Shown here in pieces: positions 23,899-35,247 of a DNA stretch of 64,000 nt. The DNA lies in the NCBI RefSeq assembly GCF_004010195.1, contig NC_057749.1, positions 23,241,375 through 23,305,374 on the forward strand, read 5' to 3'. The translations under genes and the position numbers were made by a program. The DNA is from Chiloscyllium plagiosum (lineage: Eukaryota). The notes beneath the pieces were generated by a model, which did no database searches, was not told the DNA's origin, and saw only the letters and a program-made list of their open reading frames with translations. Within the stretch, counting starts at the first letter, position 1; the number at the start of each line of letters is the position of its first letter.

Positions 23899-25204
23899 AA
23901 GTAGCTGTGGAATTATGTGCACATGGAGAGTGGTAGAAATTTATGAAGAAGGGTCACTCAACCTGAGACATTAACTCTGTTCTCTCTCCACAGATGCCGC
24001 CAGAGTTTTCCCAGCATTTTCTGTTTTCATTAGAAATTTAAGATTCTCCTCCATAAATGAAAATTGAAGCTAGAGCGAGAATTACTTAAAAGTCTGAGAT
24101 TGTTTTAGTTAACCGAAGATATTATATGAGGCAAAAGAGGTGCTATTACCCTCCATCCACCTGACTCCTGACAAACTACAAACTCTCCGACCTATCTACT
24201 TCCTCCAACTCCTGACCAGATTAGTCCCTCCTGTTCCACCGTCAACTCTCACTCATTTATTGAAAGAGTCAGAATTTGCAAAAACCTATCGGAATACGAC
24301 AGCAGATGTCCCAAGAAAAGGTTCTATTCTTGCTCCTGCTCCTTTTCTCTAGTTCCCATCCCACTCACTGTGCTATTAATGGATTACAAGTCTGTGGTGG
24401 AAGTTCACAACAAGGCAAGTACACAATAATCTCTGTAGTCAGCAGGGGTGTGCACGGCATTACCACAGATCAGCAGATCCAGCTCATAATCTCACTGAAT
24501 GACAGAACAGGCTTGACTTGCAAAGGCCTACCCCTGATACGATGGTTATGATCTGTTCTTGGTGGCGGTTCCTCCCTCAATGTGGATTAGTTAATAACAG
24601 TCGGTTGCCTCAGCCCTAACCACTCCCAGCTGGGTACCACAGTGTTCCAATTGCACAAATTAAATAATTTCTCCACCCTCTCTGGCCTATTTACCAATGA
24701 ACTGGTCATACTTTCTCAACCTCTTCCTTACTCAGCCTTTGCACTTTCTATATCAACTGCATTCTCTGCTCAGGTACACATCCTCCATTTCGAAACCACT
24801 GCAACATTCCTTTTGTGAAGCATACTCATCTTTGATCTTTCTACCTTTTTTACTGTCACCGCAATGCTATTGCCTCTCAGACATCTGTCAGGGTCCACAC
24901 TTAATACAGAAAAGGAGCTGCAACAGTCAATACACCAACACACCTTTCATCACCATTAGGAGAACATAAATGTCTGATACCACCATCAAAGATACAACAA
25001 CAAAAATGTCCTTTTGAGTTGAACCCCTCTCATCTGCTCCAGTCAGGTCTTGTCAGCCTGATTAAGCTTCACCTCTACCATTGTGAGTATTCAACAACAA
25101 TAAGCCAGACAGCATAAAACAGATTTCTCATAAACTGATCAACACAGAGAGACTTCACTCCCTTCCTCTGTAAGCAAGTGCAGAAATAAATGCCTTGGTT
25201 ATTA

Positions 25205-25275
25205 CATAGAACATAGAAGAATACAGCGCAGTACAGGCCCTTTGGCCCTCGATGTTGCGCCGATCCAAGCCCACC
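25205..25275 (-). mobile_element. 71-bp CR1 3' tail between 74-bp direct repeats
   Basis: CATAGAACATAGAA terminal repeat, matching 13050-13117; flanks 25131-25204 and 25276-25349 differ at one base. Confidence 0.85.
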
Positions 25276-25602
25276 TAAACTGATCAACACAGAGAGACTT
25301 CACTCCCTTCCTCTGTAAGCAAGTGCAGGAATAAATGCCTTGGTTATTATGAAGGAATCAAGAATCTGAAGAGATTTGTAGTCACTGGAGTTTGGAGGAT
25401 GATGTCTACGCCAATAGGTATATATAGTAGACAGGCAGGAGGTTGGAAGAACACAGTAAGCCAGGCAGCTGCAGTTTGTCTACTGCCTGTCTACTTAGGA
25501 TTCCAGCATCTGCAGTTATTTTGTCTCAAAACAGGTCTATACAGTCAAGTTTGGGAGTTCACATACTTCCTGTTTCTGGCTATGGAGTCAGACTCAGGGA
25601 GA

Positions 25603-25754
25603 TGTACAGCATTGAAACAGACCCTTCAGTCCAGCGTGACCATGCCAATCAGATATCCTAAATTAATCGCGCCTCATTTGCCAGCATTTGGTCCACATCC
25701 CTCCAAACCATTCCTATTCATGTACCCATCCAGATGCCTTTTAAATGGTGTAAC
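25603..25754 (-). mobile_element. CR1/HER1 3' tail
   Basis: GAGATGTACAGCATTGAAACAGACCCTTC matches the other minus-strand tails. Confidence 0.8.
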
Positions 25755-26412
25755 AGTGGGATCTTGGGGTCCATGACCATAGGCCCCTCAAAGCTGCCAC
25801 GCAAGTTGTTAAGATGGCGTATAGTGTGTTAGCTTTCATTAGCAGAGTGATTGAGTTTAAGAGTCATGAGGTTATGATGCAGCTCTATAAAACACTGGTT
25901 AGAGCATGCTTGGAATATTGTGTTCAGTTCTAGTTGCCTCATTATAGGAAGGATGTGGAAGCTTCAGAGAGGGTGCAGGGGAGATTTACTAGAATGTTGC
26001 CTGGACTGGAGGGCATGTCTTATGAAGAAAGGTTGAGGTCATTAGGGCTTTTCTCATTGGAGCGAAGAAGGAAGAGGGGTGACTTGATAGAGGTGTACAA
26101 GGTGATGAGAGGCACAGTTAGAGTAAATAGCTAGAGACTTTTCCCTGGGGCGGAAATGGCTATCATGAAGGGTCATAATTTTAAGGTGGTGGAGGAAGGT
26201 TTTGGGGAGATGTCAGAGGTAGGTTCTTTACACAGAGAGTGGTGGGTGTGTGGAATGCACTGCCAGCAGTGAGAGTAGAGTCAGATACATTAGGGACATG
26301 GATGATAGTAAAATGAAGGCTATGTAGGTTAGCTTGATCTTAGAGTAGGATAAAAGGTCGGCACAACATCAAGAGCCGAAGGGCCTGTACTGTGCTGGAC
26401 TGTTCTATGTTG
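25755..26412 (+). mobile_element. CR1/HER1 3' part
   Basis: HYRKDVEASERVQGRFTRMLPGLEG; TTCTATG end. Confidence 0.9.
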
Positions 26413-27099
26413 TGTGAGAGAGACAGCTGGTGGAAGTTTAACCTGAGGGTCATCATGCCTCAGGCAAAGGGAGATTGAGATGGAGAGTCCTTCATGGTAA
26501 GCTCAGCTGACCTCCTTTACCTCATGTTCCTTAATACCTTTGGTTAACAAAAGACTTTTGATCTCAGATGTTCAATAACTACTGATCTAGCATCAACTTT
26601 CATTTGTCGAAGAGAATTCTAAATTCCTACCATGCTCTATGTGTAAAAATGATTCCTCACTTCATTGCTGAAAGGTCTGGCTCTTCATTCTAGACTCCCC
26701 AACCAATGAATATAGTCTCTGTCTACTCACTCTCTGTTCCCCTTAATGACTCTCCTTATAATGTAATCCTTAGACTCTGGTCATTAGTTACACTGGAGCT
26801 ATATCATCTTTAAGGTGTGGTTCCCAAACTAATCACAATAATCGCTGCATCCAACCAGGGTTATGTGTAACTGAAACATGGCTTCTACCCCTTTGTATCC
26901 TTGTCCTTTGGATATGAGGCCAGCATTCCTTCATTAGACTTTTATATATCAATGTTTTAATCATTGAAATATGTGCACCTATCAAGTATCTTTAAATACC
27001 AATGGTCATGAGCTTTATCTGTACAATTGAATCCAAAATTGGATGATCTGGCATTCACTTTCATTTGAATTCTTTTGTCAAGTTTTACTCGATCACTTA

Positions 27100-27970
27100 C
27101 AGAGTTAGAGAGATGTACAACATGGAAAAGACCTTTCGGTCCAATTCGTCTATGCCAGCCATGCATCCTAAATTAATCTGGTCCCATTAATCAGCATTTG
27201 ACCTAAATCCCTCTAAACCTTTCCTATTCATATATCCATCTAAGATGCCTTTTAAATTGGGGCGGCACAGTGGCTCTTTCGGTCCAATTCGTCTATGCCA
27301 GCCATGCATCCTAAATTAATCTGGTCCGATTGACCTAAATCCCTCTAAACCTTTCCTATTCATATATCCATCTAAGATGCCTTTTAAATTGGGGCGGCAC
27401 AGTGGCTCAGTGGTTAGCACTGCTGCCTCACAGCGCCGGGGACCTGGGTTCAATTCTCAGCCTCGGTGATGCATTAGTCAGGCACATATGTTGAGTGATA
27501 GGGTAGGGGTTTGGGTGGGATACTCTTCAGAGGGTCGGTGTTGACTTGCTGGGATGAAGGGCTGGTTTCCACACTGTAGGGTTTCTATTCTATGAAATTG
27601 TATCAGCCTCTGTCACTTTCCCTGGCAGCTCATTCCATTGACACACCACCCTCTGCGTGAAAAAGGTTACCCCTTACGTCACTTTTAAATCTTTCCGCTC
27701 TCACTTTAAACCTATGCCCTCTAGTTCTGGATTCCCCCACCCCTGGGAAAAGACCTTGTCTATTCACTCTATCCATGTCCCTCATGATTTTATAAACCTC
27801 TATAAGGTCACCCCTCAGCCTCTGACGCTCCAGGGAAAACAGCCCCAGCCTGTTTAGTCTCTCCTTGTAGCTCAAACCCTCCAACCCTGGCAACATTCCT
27901 GTAAATCTTTTCTGCATCCTTTCAATTTTTACAACATCTTTCCTACAGCAGAGAGACCAGAACTGAATGT
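27100..27970 (-). mobile_element. CR1/HER1 3' part interrupted by an HE1 SINE and a tandem duplication
   Basis: QKRFTGMLPGLEGLSYKERLNRLGLFSLE; continuity across the SINE with AAATTG on both sides. Confidence 0.9.
27391..27594 (+). mobile_element. HE1-type SINE with internal deletion
   Basis: GGGCGGCACAGTGGCTCAGTGG head with B box GGTTCAATTC joined directly to the tail. Confidence 0.85.
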
Positions 27971-28555
27971 AATTAATTTATGAATATCATCTTTCAGTTT
28001 TATGTGTCTGTCTATACTGCTCACACTACTACCCATATTTATGTGATGAACCAAATTGCAATAGTTGTGCTCCAAAATGTTCAAATTGTTTAAAAATAAG
28101 ATCATAATTCTTTAATTATAACTGTGTGGAGTATAGCTGTACTTTTTTGTGATCCAACTAAATCAAAGCATTTGGAAGAGTTCAAACTGACCTCCTACTG
28201 GATACCATGGCAATCATAGCCTCAAGGCTGATGCTTATCTTCTGGAAAACAAACTAGTTGCCATTTCCAAACTTTAAGAAACAAATTTTAGTTGAACTAA
28301 GTTACAACAGAACTTTAATTTAAATTATAATTCAAAGTTTTCCCCAATTCTGAGGGCATAATTTTAAAATGAAATGAAAATGATCAACTAAATAAGAACA
28401 ACAGCTTTGTTTCTCTCTCCACAGATACTGCCAGATCAGGCATTTCCAGCATGTTCTGTTTTTTGTTAACTTCAGATTTCCAGAGTCTGCAATACTTTGC
28501 TTTTATATGAGAAATATTGGTCCCTGCATTTGGTTATGAGCTTACAACAGCAAAA

Positions 28556-28940
28556 TCATAAAATCCTTGCAGTGTAAATAGAGGCCATTTGGCCCGTCAA
28601 GTCTGCATCAACTGTCCAAAAGCTATCCCATCAATCCCACTCCCCCTCCCTACCTCCAAACCCCATAATTTCCCATGGCCAATTCACCTAACCTGCACAG
28701 CCTTGGACTGTGGGAGGAAACAGGAGCACCCAGAGGAAACCCATGTAGACATGGGGAGAATGGGCAAACTTCACACAGAGAGTCACCCAAATTGTCAAGG
28801 TGTCCAGGGATGTGTGGGCGAGGTGGATTAGCCATGGGGGAATACAGGGACAGGCTAAGGCTTGCTGGGGTGCTCTTTGGGGGCATCAGTGTGGACTTGA
28901 TGGGCAATATGGCTTCCTTCCATCCTGTAGAGATTCTATA
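28556..28940. mobile_element. Two head-less HE1 SINE halves in inverted orientation
   Basis: Minus copy 28556-28788 joined to a plus-strand 3' half 28789-28940. Confidence 0.75.
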
Positions 28941-29302
28941 ATATTGGTGTTCCTTCCTGAAATTTCTTTTCCTTACAGCATCCGCACTCTCTACAACAGA
29001 ATGCCTTCAATATTGTTACCCAATAATTTTGTACATTTGTCTGATGTTACAATCTCCTTTTCTTGGATTCAGCCTTTATTGGAAGTGATGGGGAGTAAGG
29101 GAAGGGCTGAAGTGTTGTGCTGGTCCTCACCTTCATCCAGTTCTAGCCTGTAGCTCCAAATGGTTGTTAGCATGTATCAGTGACCACCAGGAAGAGGTGT
29201 TATATCAGGTAGGGGTCAGTCATCAGGTTTCCTACCCTCGGTGACCCTGGCATGTGAAGACACATCCTGACCATCTGCACAATTGAGATTAATCTGAGAA
29301 CC

Positions 29303-29668
29303 AATGAAATCAAAATACTGCAGATGCTGGAAACCTGAAACAAATATCGAGAATGCAGGAAAAACTCAACAGGTCTGAGTGGAGAGAGAAACAGAGGTAA
29401 TGTTTCAAGTCCAGCGTGACTCATCTTCAGACTCACGTCCTGAATCCACACGGGTGGGCAGTGAGACTGCATTGGCGACATTCATCAGGGCACCCTCCTA
29501 ACTGGCAACTTGTGGGCTCACTGCCCCTAGTAGAGTTGGCAGGCACCTGAGCTCAGCCAGAGTTCTGAAGGATAGTCACTCTGGGCTCAAGACATGAACG
29601 CTCTTTGTCTCTCCACAGGTGCTACCAGACCTTCTGAGTTTCTCCAGCACTTGCCGCTTTTGTTTAAG
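29303..29668. mobile_element. Inverted pair of family C PLE terminal-repeat remnants
   Basis: Minus arm ~29303-29432 and plus arm ~29562-29668 (TTCTGAAGGATAG...CTCTCCACAGGTGCTACCAGACC). Confidence 0.6.
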
Positions 29669-29829
29669 GTCCAGTGGCCTTGAACACGGGTCAGCATTGT
29701 GTTGTGAAACATGTAGACCACAACAAGAAACAGAATTTGCCCTTATCACCTCCAACTACATCTGAATCTATCTTCAACTGACCAGACCATTGGGCCAAGA
29801 TGGCCCAGGACAATAGAGGGAGATAATAG

Positions 29830-30450
29830 AGCATTGAACAGTACAATGCAGAACAGACCCTTCAGCCCTCAAACTAATCTAAGCCCATCCCCCTACACTA
29901 TCCCATCATCATCTATTTGCTTATCCAAGGACTGTTTAAATCTCCCTAATGTGGCTGAGTTAACTACATTGGTAGGCTGAGTAAAGAACCTGCCTCTGAC
30001 ATCTGTCTTAAATGTATCACCCCTCAATTTGCAGCTATGCCACCTTGTACAAGCCAACATCATCAGCCTAGGAAAAAGACTCTCACTGTCCACCCTATCT
30101 AATCCTCTGATCGTCTTGTATGTCTCTATTAAATCTCCTCTCAGCCTTCTTCTCTTCAATGAGAACAGACCCAAGTCTCTCAGCCTTTCCTCATAAGACT
30201 TTCCCACCAGACCAGGCAACATCCTGGTAAATTTCCTCTGCACCTTTTCCAATGCTTCCACATCCTTACTGTAATGGGGCGACCAGAACAGTACATAATA
30301 TTCCAAGTGAGGCCGCACTTGCATTTTGTACAGTTGCAGTATGACATCACGGCTCCAGAACCTAACATACTGTGTGCCTTCTTAAGGCCACATTCAACCT
30401 GGGTGGCAACTTTCAGGGATCTATGAACATAGACACCAAGATCCCTCCAC
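29830..30450 (-). mobile_element. CR1 3' part
   Basis: RPHLEYYVLFWSPHYSKDVEALEKVQRKFTRMLPG. Confidence 0.9.
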
Positions 30451-31104
30451 ACCCTCTGCATAATGAACTCTCATACACACTGGTCATGTTGATTATCTTG
30501 TCGTCAACCATCTGTCATGGGTCCTGAGTTGATGAGGAGCAGCAGATGTGGCACAGAAGCAGCTCAGGTATTAGAATTGCTTTTCACTAGAAGCAAGTGG
30601 GAGTGGAACCCACTGGGCCCACTGAGCGACTGAGCATCCTGTTTTGGACCACGCTGCCACATCTCCGCTGATTGAAGGAAGGGACTAGAAAATATTGTTA
30701 GCTTCACCTCCCTGGACAGCCAGCCATTGCTGGCAGGAATCCCATTCACACAGACACACACAACTCAATCTCAAGAAAGAAATTAAAGTTGCTATCAATC
30801 CCCACTGGGGCATGGAAGGTGGGCTACCATATAGACAATGCTCCTACTGCCAGATCTGAGAGGTCAGCTGCTCTATTGAGTAGAGGGTTCACTAGGCACA
30901 CCATCCAGATCACCTCCACCCAAGGAGAGTCAACTCAAGAAAATCAGTGCTGGTTGCAGATTCCTTTGGAGTGACTGTGGGAAAGACATATGGTATAAAG
31001 TTGGCATCAGTTTTGCAGCCTCGGGTCATCCCAGCAGTCAGTCGACTTACTTTTCCAAAGGTATTAAGGATTATCTGACAGTCTTTAAACTTCTCCTGTG
31101 TAGC

Positions 31105-31432
31105 AGGCAGTGCAGTGGCCCAGTGGTTGGCACTGTTGCCTCGTGGTGCCAGGTATCTGGGTTCGATTCCAACTTCAGATTGGAATGTTTTCCCTGTGTC
31201 TGTGTGGGCTTTCACTGGGTGCTCTGGTTTCCTCCCACAGTCCAAGGATGTGCAGGTTAGGTGAATTGGCCAAGCTAAATTGCCCGTAGTGTTCAGGGAT
31301 GTGTAAGCTAGGTGCATTAATCAGGGGTAAATATAGGGTAGGGGAATGGGTTTGGGTGGATTATTCTTCAGAGGGTCTGTGTGGCTTGTTGGGCTGAAGG
31401 GCCTATTTCCACACTGTAGGGATTCTATAATT
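31105..31432 (+). mobile_element. HE1-type V-SINE
   Basis: A box GTGGCCCAGTGG, B box GGTTCGATTCC, core and tail. Confidence 0.85.
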
Positions 31433-31563
31433 CTAGAACAAGAGGCAATTAATGCGCAACAAACTATACACCCCTACCACAAGAAAGTCTGCTGAAGCCT
31501 GGGATAAATTCCTTGATTGCTGTGGAGCCAATGACAGACAGGGTGATCATTCTTGGTGACTTC

Positions 31564-32382
31564 TGTGATGATGCTGTTCCTTTATCAAGATTATGCTGTC
31601 CTTGTCCTTCTTTTTTCAGAGAGGTCGTGAAAACAGCGATTCCAAAAAGTCTAGGTTAGAAGGGTTTTAGGGCCAATTTGATTACGACTAACAGATACTG
31701 CCTCAGTCTGAAGGCTTTCAAGTTTTAAAAAACACCACTCCAATGGAACGGGAGTGGCCAGTTCTCCCAGCTCAGTTTTTCTCTGGTTTGGTTTATTTTT
31801 TAGCAGTCTGGCCGCTCACAGACAGCAGTCAGTCAGTTTGTGAAGCTACTGGACCCAAAGAAGCAGGTCCATTCTGACCCTCCCTCTCTCTTACATCTCT
31901 CCTATAATACCCTGTGTTTGATTGTACCTTTTGTGTCAAGGGGTGTTTATGGGGTTGTTTCAAGTACAGAGGAAACTCAATTATCCAGCATTCGAGTATC
32001 CGAGTATCAGTTTATCAGGCAAGATCACAAGGTCCTAATGCTCGACTAAACTATGTTATCCGGCATTCGATTAACCAACAAAGTACTCCCTGTCCATGTC
32101 CTTCAGATAATCAAGGTTCCTCTGTATTTGGAACAGCATCATTAAGTTGGGATAGTCTGTTGGGTTGTCGAGTAGGTTAAGTTATTTTATATTCTGTTCT
32201 CTTTTGTTTGTATTTCATTCTGTAATCTTGTAAATAAATTCTGTTTTGTTTAAAACTAAGTGGTTTGACCAGTTGCATCCCTCCTGGAATATCTGCATTT
32301 CCCTGCTCAAAACAACTAGCAAAGTTAGGGTCTCAGCTATTTCCTTGAAATATTTTGAGGGAGTCTGGCCTGGTCCACAACA
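31564..32382 (+). mobile_element. Solo LTR (TG...CA) with nested MITE
   Basis: Starts TGTGATG, ends CACAACA; flanks CTTC/CATC; AATAAA at ~32233; 3' end resembles 51300-51357. Confidence 0.7.
31967..32124. mobile_element. Tc1/mariner-pogo (Tigger-like) MITE, 158 bp
   Basis: TA on both flanks; imperfect TIRs CAGAGGAAACTCAATTATC and GATAATCAAGGTTCCTCTG. Confidence 0.8.
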
Positions 32383-32499
32383 CATCAATGCACGAATTGG
32401 AAGGGGATCATTAGAAATTAAAAACAGGATCAGAGATTATAACAGCAATGATTTCCTCTTGATGAAGTTCTGTGTGTGCTTGAGTGTGAGCTCTTCATT

Positions 32500-33215
32500 A
32501 TCAGCTGAAATGCAGCAAGATCCAAACAACATTCAGACTTGAGCTGATAAGTACCAGAAAATTGCCCCATTCCAATAAAAGAGAACCTAATCATTTCCCC
32601 TTAGTATACAGTAGCATAACTATAACATTCTGGAGGTTACCATTGACCAGAAACTGAGCTGGATCATCCATGTAAATATTGTGGCTACAAGATCAGGTAA
32701 GAGACTAGCAATTCTGCACTGTGTAACTCACTACAGACTCCTACTAACACACCCATCATCTACAAGGTACAAGTCAGCAGTGGGATGGAATACTCCCCAC
32801 TTGCCCGGATGGATACAGCTCCAACAACAGCTCAGCATTTTCCCAGAAACCCATGTGATTGTTATCGCATCCATTCACCTTCAACATTCACTCTCTCCAC
32901 TAACAATGCACAATAGCACCACTGGCTGTGTACCTTGTACAAGCAATTCACCCTCCAACAGCACTTATCAAACCCCATCGTGAAGGACAAGGGCAGCAGA
33001 CGTATGGGAACACCACCACCAGCAAATTCCTCTCCAAGCCACAAACCATCCTGAATTGGAATCATATCATTGTTCCCTCACTCTCACTGACTCTTCAAAA
33101 TGACACTGTGTGTATAGCCACAGTACGCAAATAGAAAAAGGTGGCTCACTTTCCCAAGGGTAATTAGGAAAGGTTAATAATTGCTGGTCTAGCTGCTGAT
33201 GGCCATATCCTGTAA
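32500..33215 (+). mobile_element. L2/Crack-like LINE 3' portion, decayed
   Basis: Colinear with 4920-5672 (GGTTACCA.TGACCA.AAACTGA; GGAATACTCCCCACTTGCC). Confidence 0.65.
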
Positions 33216-33337
33216 TGTTTAGAAAAAATGGCTTCCAATTTCCTTTCGGATGTGCCCTCTTTCTATGCACAGAGTTAGGGCAGGCAGGCATCTAATAAAA
33301 CTCATGTGCAACACTGAGAGTGGGACATCCATTTGTC

Positions 33338-33460
33338 AGTCCTGATGAAGGGTTTTGCCCTGAATCATTGACTTTCCTGTTCCTCGGATGCTATCCAGCC
33401 TGCTGTGGTTTTCCAGCTTTACATCTATTGACTCTGGCTTGCAGTCCTTAATGTCTCCAG
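33338..33460 (+). mobile_element. PLE terminal-repeat remnant, family A
   Basis: GTCCTGATGAAGGGTTTTGCCCTGAATC followed by the family A tail. Confidence 0.7.
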
Positions 33461-33588
33461 GCCAATGCCTGGTCTAGACTTCATTGACTTTTTCAGTAAA
33501 TGCAAGAGGAAGGAACCCAAAATAATATAAAGATGTCTCCACTGTCTAACTGTACAAACAAATAAGAACTCACCAACATTGTAACCAT

Positions 33589-33735
33589 TTGCAACAATCC
33601 ATTACTGGTAAGATCTTCACCAGAATCTTCCTGAACTGCTTCATGCAATACGTCCAGGATCCACTACCAGAGAGTCAGTGCCATTTCAGAAAGAGTCGAG
33701 TAACCGCTGATATGCTGTTGGTCACCTCCAGGCGA
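33589..33735 (+). mobile_element. RTE-clade reverse transcriptase fragment
   Basis: SITGKIFTRIFLN..LPESQCHFRKSRVTADML matches the RTE RT motif GKILARILLNRL..LPESQCGFR. Confidence 0.75.
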
Positions 33736-33743
33736 AACGCCAA

Positions 33744-33987
33744 GACTCTTTCACACTATGATACTATGACTGTATGACACTTTGACACTACAACTCTATG
33801 ACACTATAACTCTATGACATACAACACTATGGCTTAGTGACACTTTGACTATGGCACTATGACTTTATGACTCTGTGACATTATGACTCTCTGACACTAT
33901 CACACTATAACTCTATGACTCTTTGACACTATGACTCAATGACACCATGACACTATGACTCTCCAACTCTATGACACTATGACTCCA
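33744..33987 (+). repeat. Degenerate octamer tandem array (GACTCTAT/GACACTAT)n, about 30 units
   Basis: 8-bp periodicity visible directly. Confidence 0.9.
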
Positions 33988-34806
33988 AGGAGAGGAGCTC
34001 CTGAACCTGAAACCCATCCAAATCACCTGACATATTCTCTCCTATTTACAACAGGACCTTCTGGGTGCAGATAGACATATTCTCACCAGAACCCTACCAA
34101 CCACCCCACATTAATAATATGGTTATCTTCACCTCATGAATAGGATGTGATCAGCATCCACTATTTCCTCCTGTACAAAAACTCCCCCTTTGTATAATTC
34201 CATGGAGTTTGAATCACTTCTCAAACAGTTATCTTTAAGCACTTGATAACAGCTCTACTCCATGAACAAACTGAATACTACTTACACACGCCCTGTGTTT
34301 CTACAATGTAATCAACCCAGCTTTATATTAAAAAAACCCAAAATTCAGGTCTGTGCCTCAATCTAGAACTTATTAAATAACTCACAATGTTCACTTGTGT
34401 CATTTTCTGGTTCCCACTACTTTAGCATTAAACAGCAATCCACAACAGAGTATTATTTCTTCAATATGCACAATAATCTGTGGTATCAGCAGGTGAAGCA
34501 CAATTGACTGTACGCATGCCCCACTTCCACTGCCGTTTTTTAATTCTCCCCTTTCCTCACCTCATTTGTCACTTTACTGAGAAAGCTGCCTTACCAATCT
34601 CTAGCCTAACTCTTGGTGCCTTTGTGTTTGGCGTGCAGCAACTATTCTTTTGTTGCTGTTAGAGTTGGGACATTCTGTTGATCAACCTTGACCACACTGT
34701 CTGATGCCAGACTAATCTTTAACTCTCTCATGTATCAACCTAGGGTCTCAGAATAATCCTTAACGTCCTTACAGCGAGCTTTAATTTTCAGGAAGCAAGA
34801 AAACAT

Positions 34807-35247
34807 TTGATTTGATTTGATTTATTATTGTCATATGTACCTAGGTACAGAGAAAAGTTTTATTTTGCGTGCAGTACAGACAGAGCACACCATAAAAAGT
34901 GCATGAGGGAAATAAAACAGAGCGAAGATTACATGGTTACGGCTGCAGAGTATGTGCACAAAGACAGCAAGATCAACATTAGATTTTAGATTTGAGAGGT
35001 CCATTCAGATAATAGTGGGGATGAAGCTGTTCTTGAATCTGTTGGTACGTGTGTTTAAGCTTTTGTATCTTCTGCCCAATGGAAGAGGGTGGAAGAGATT
35101 ATAACCGGGGTGGGAGGGGTCTTTAATGATATTGGCTGCCTTTCTGAGGCAGTGGGAAGTATAGATGGAGTGTATGGATGGAAGGTTGGCTTGCAGGATG
35201 GAGTAGGCTGTCTTCACAACTCTCTGTAGTTCCTTAGGGTCCTGGGC
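34807..35247 (-). mobile_element. Rex1/Babar-clade LINE 3' end
   Basis: LQRVVKTA..LPSIHSIYTSHCLRKAANIIKDPSHPGYNLFHPLPLGRRYKSLNTRTNRFKNSF; (AAATC)n tail. Confidence 0.85.
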
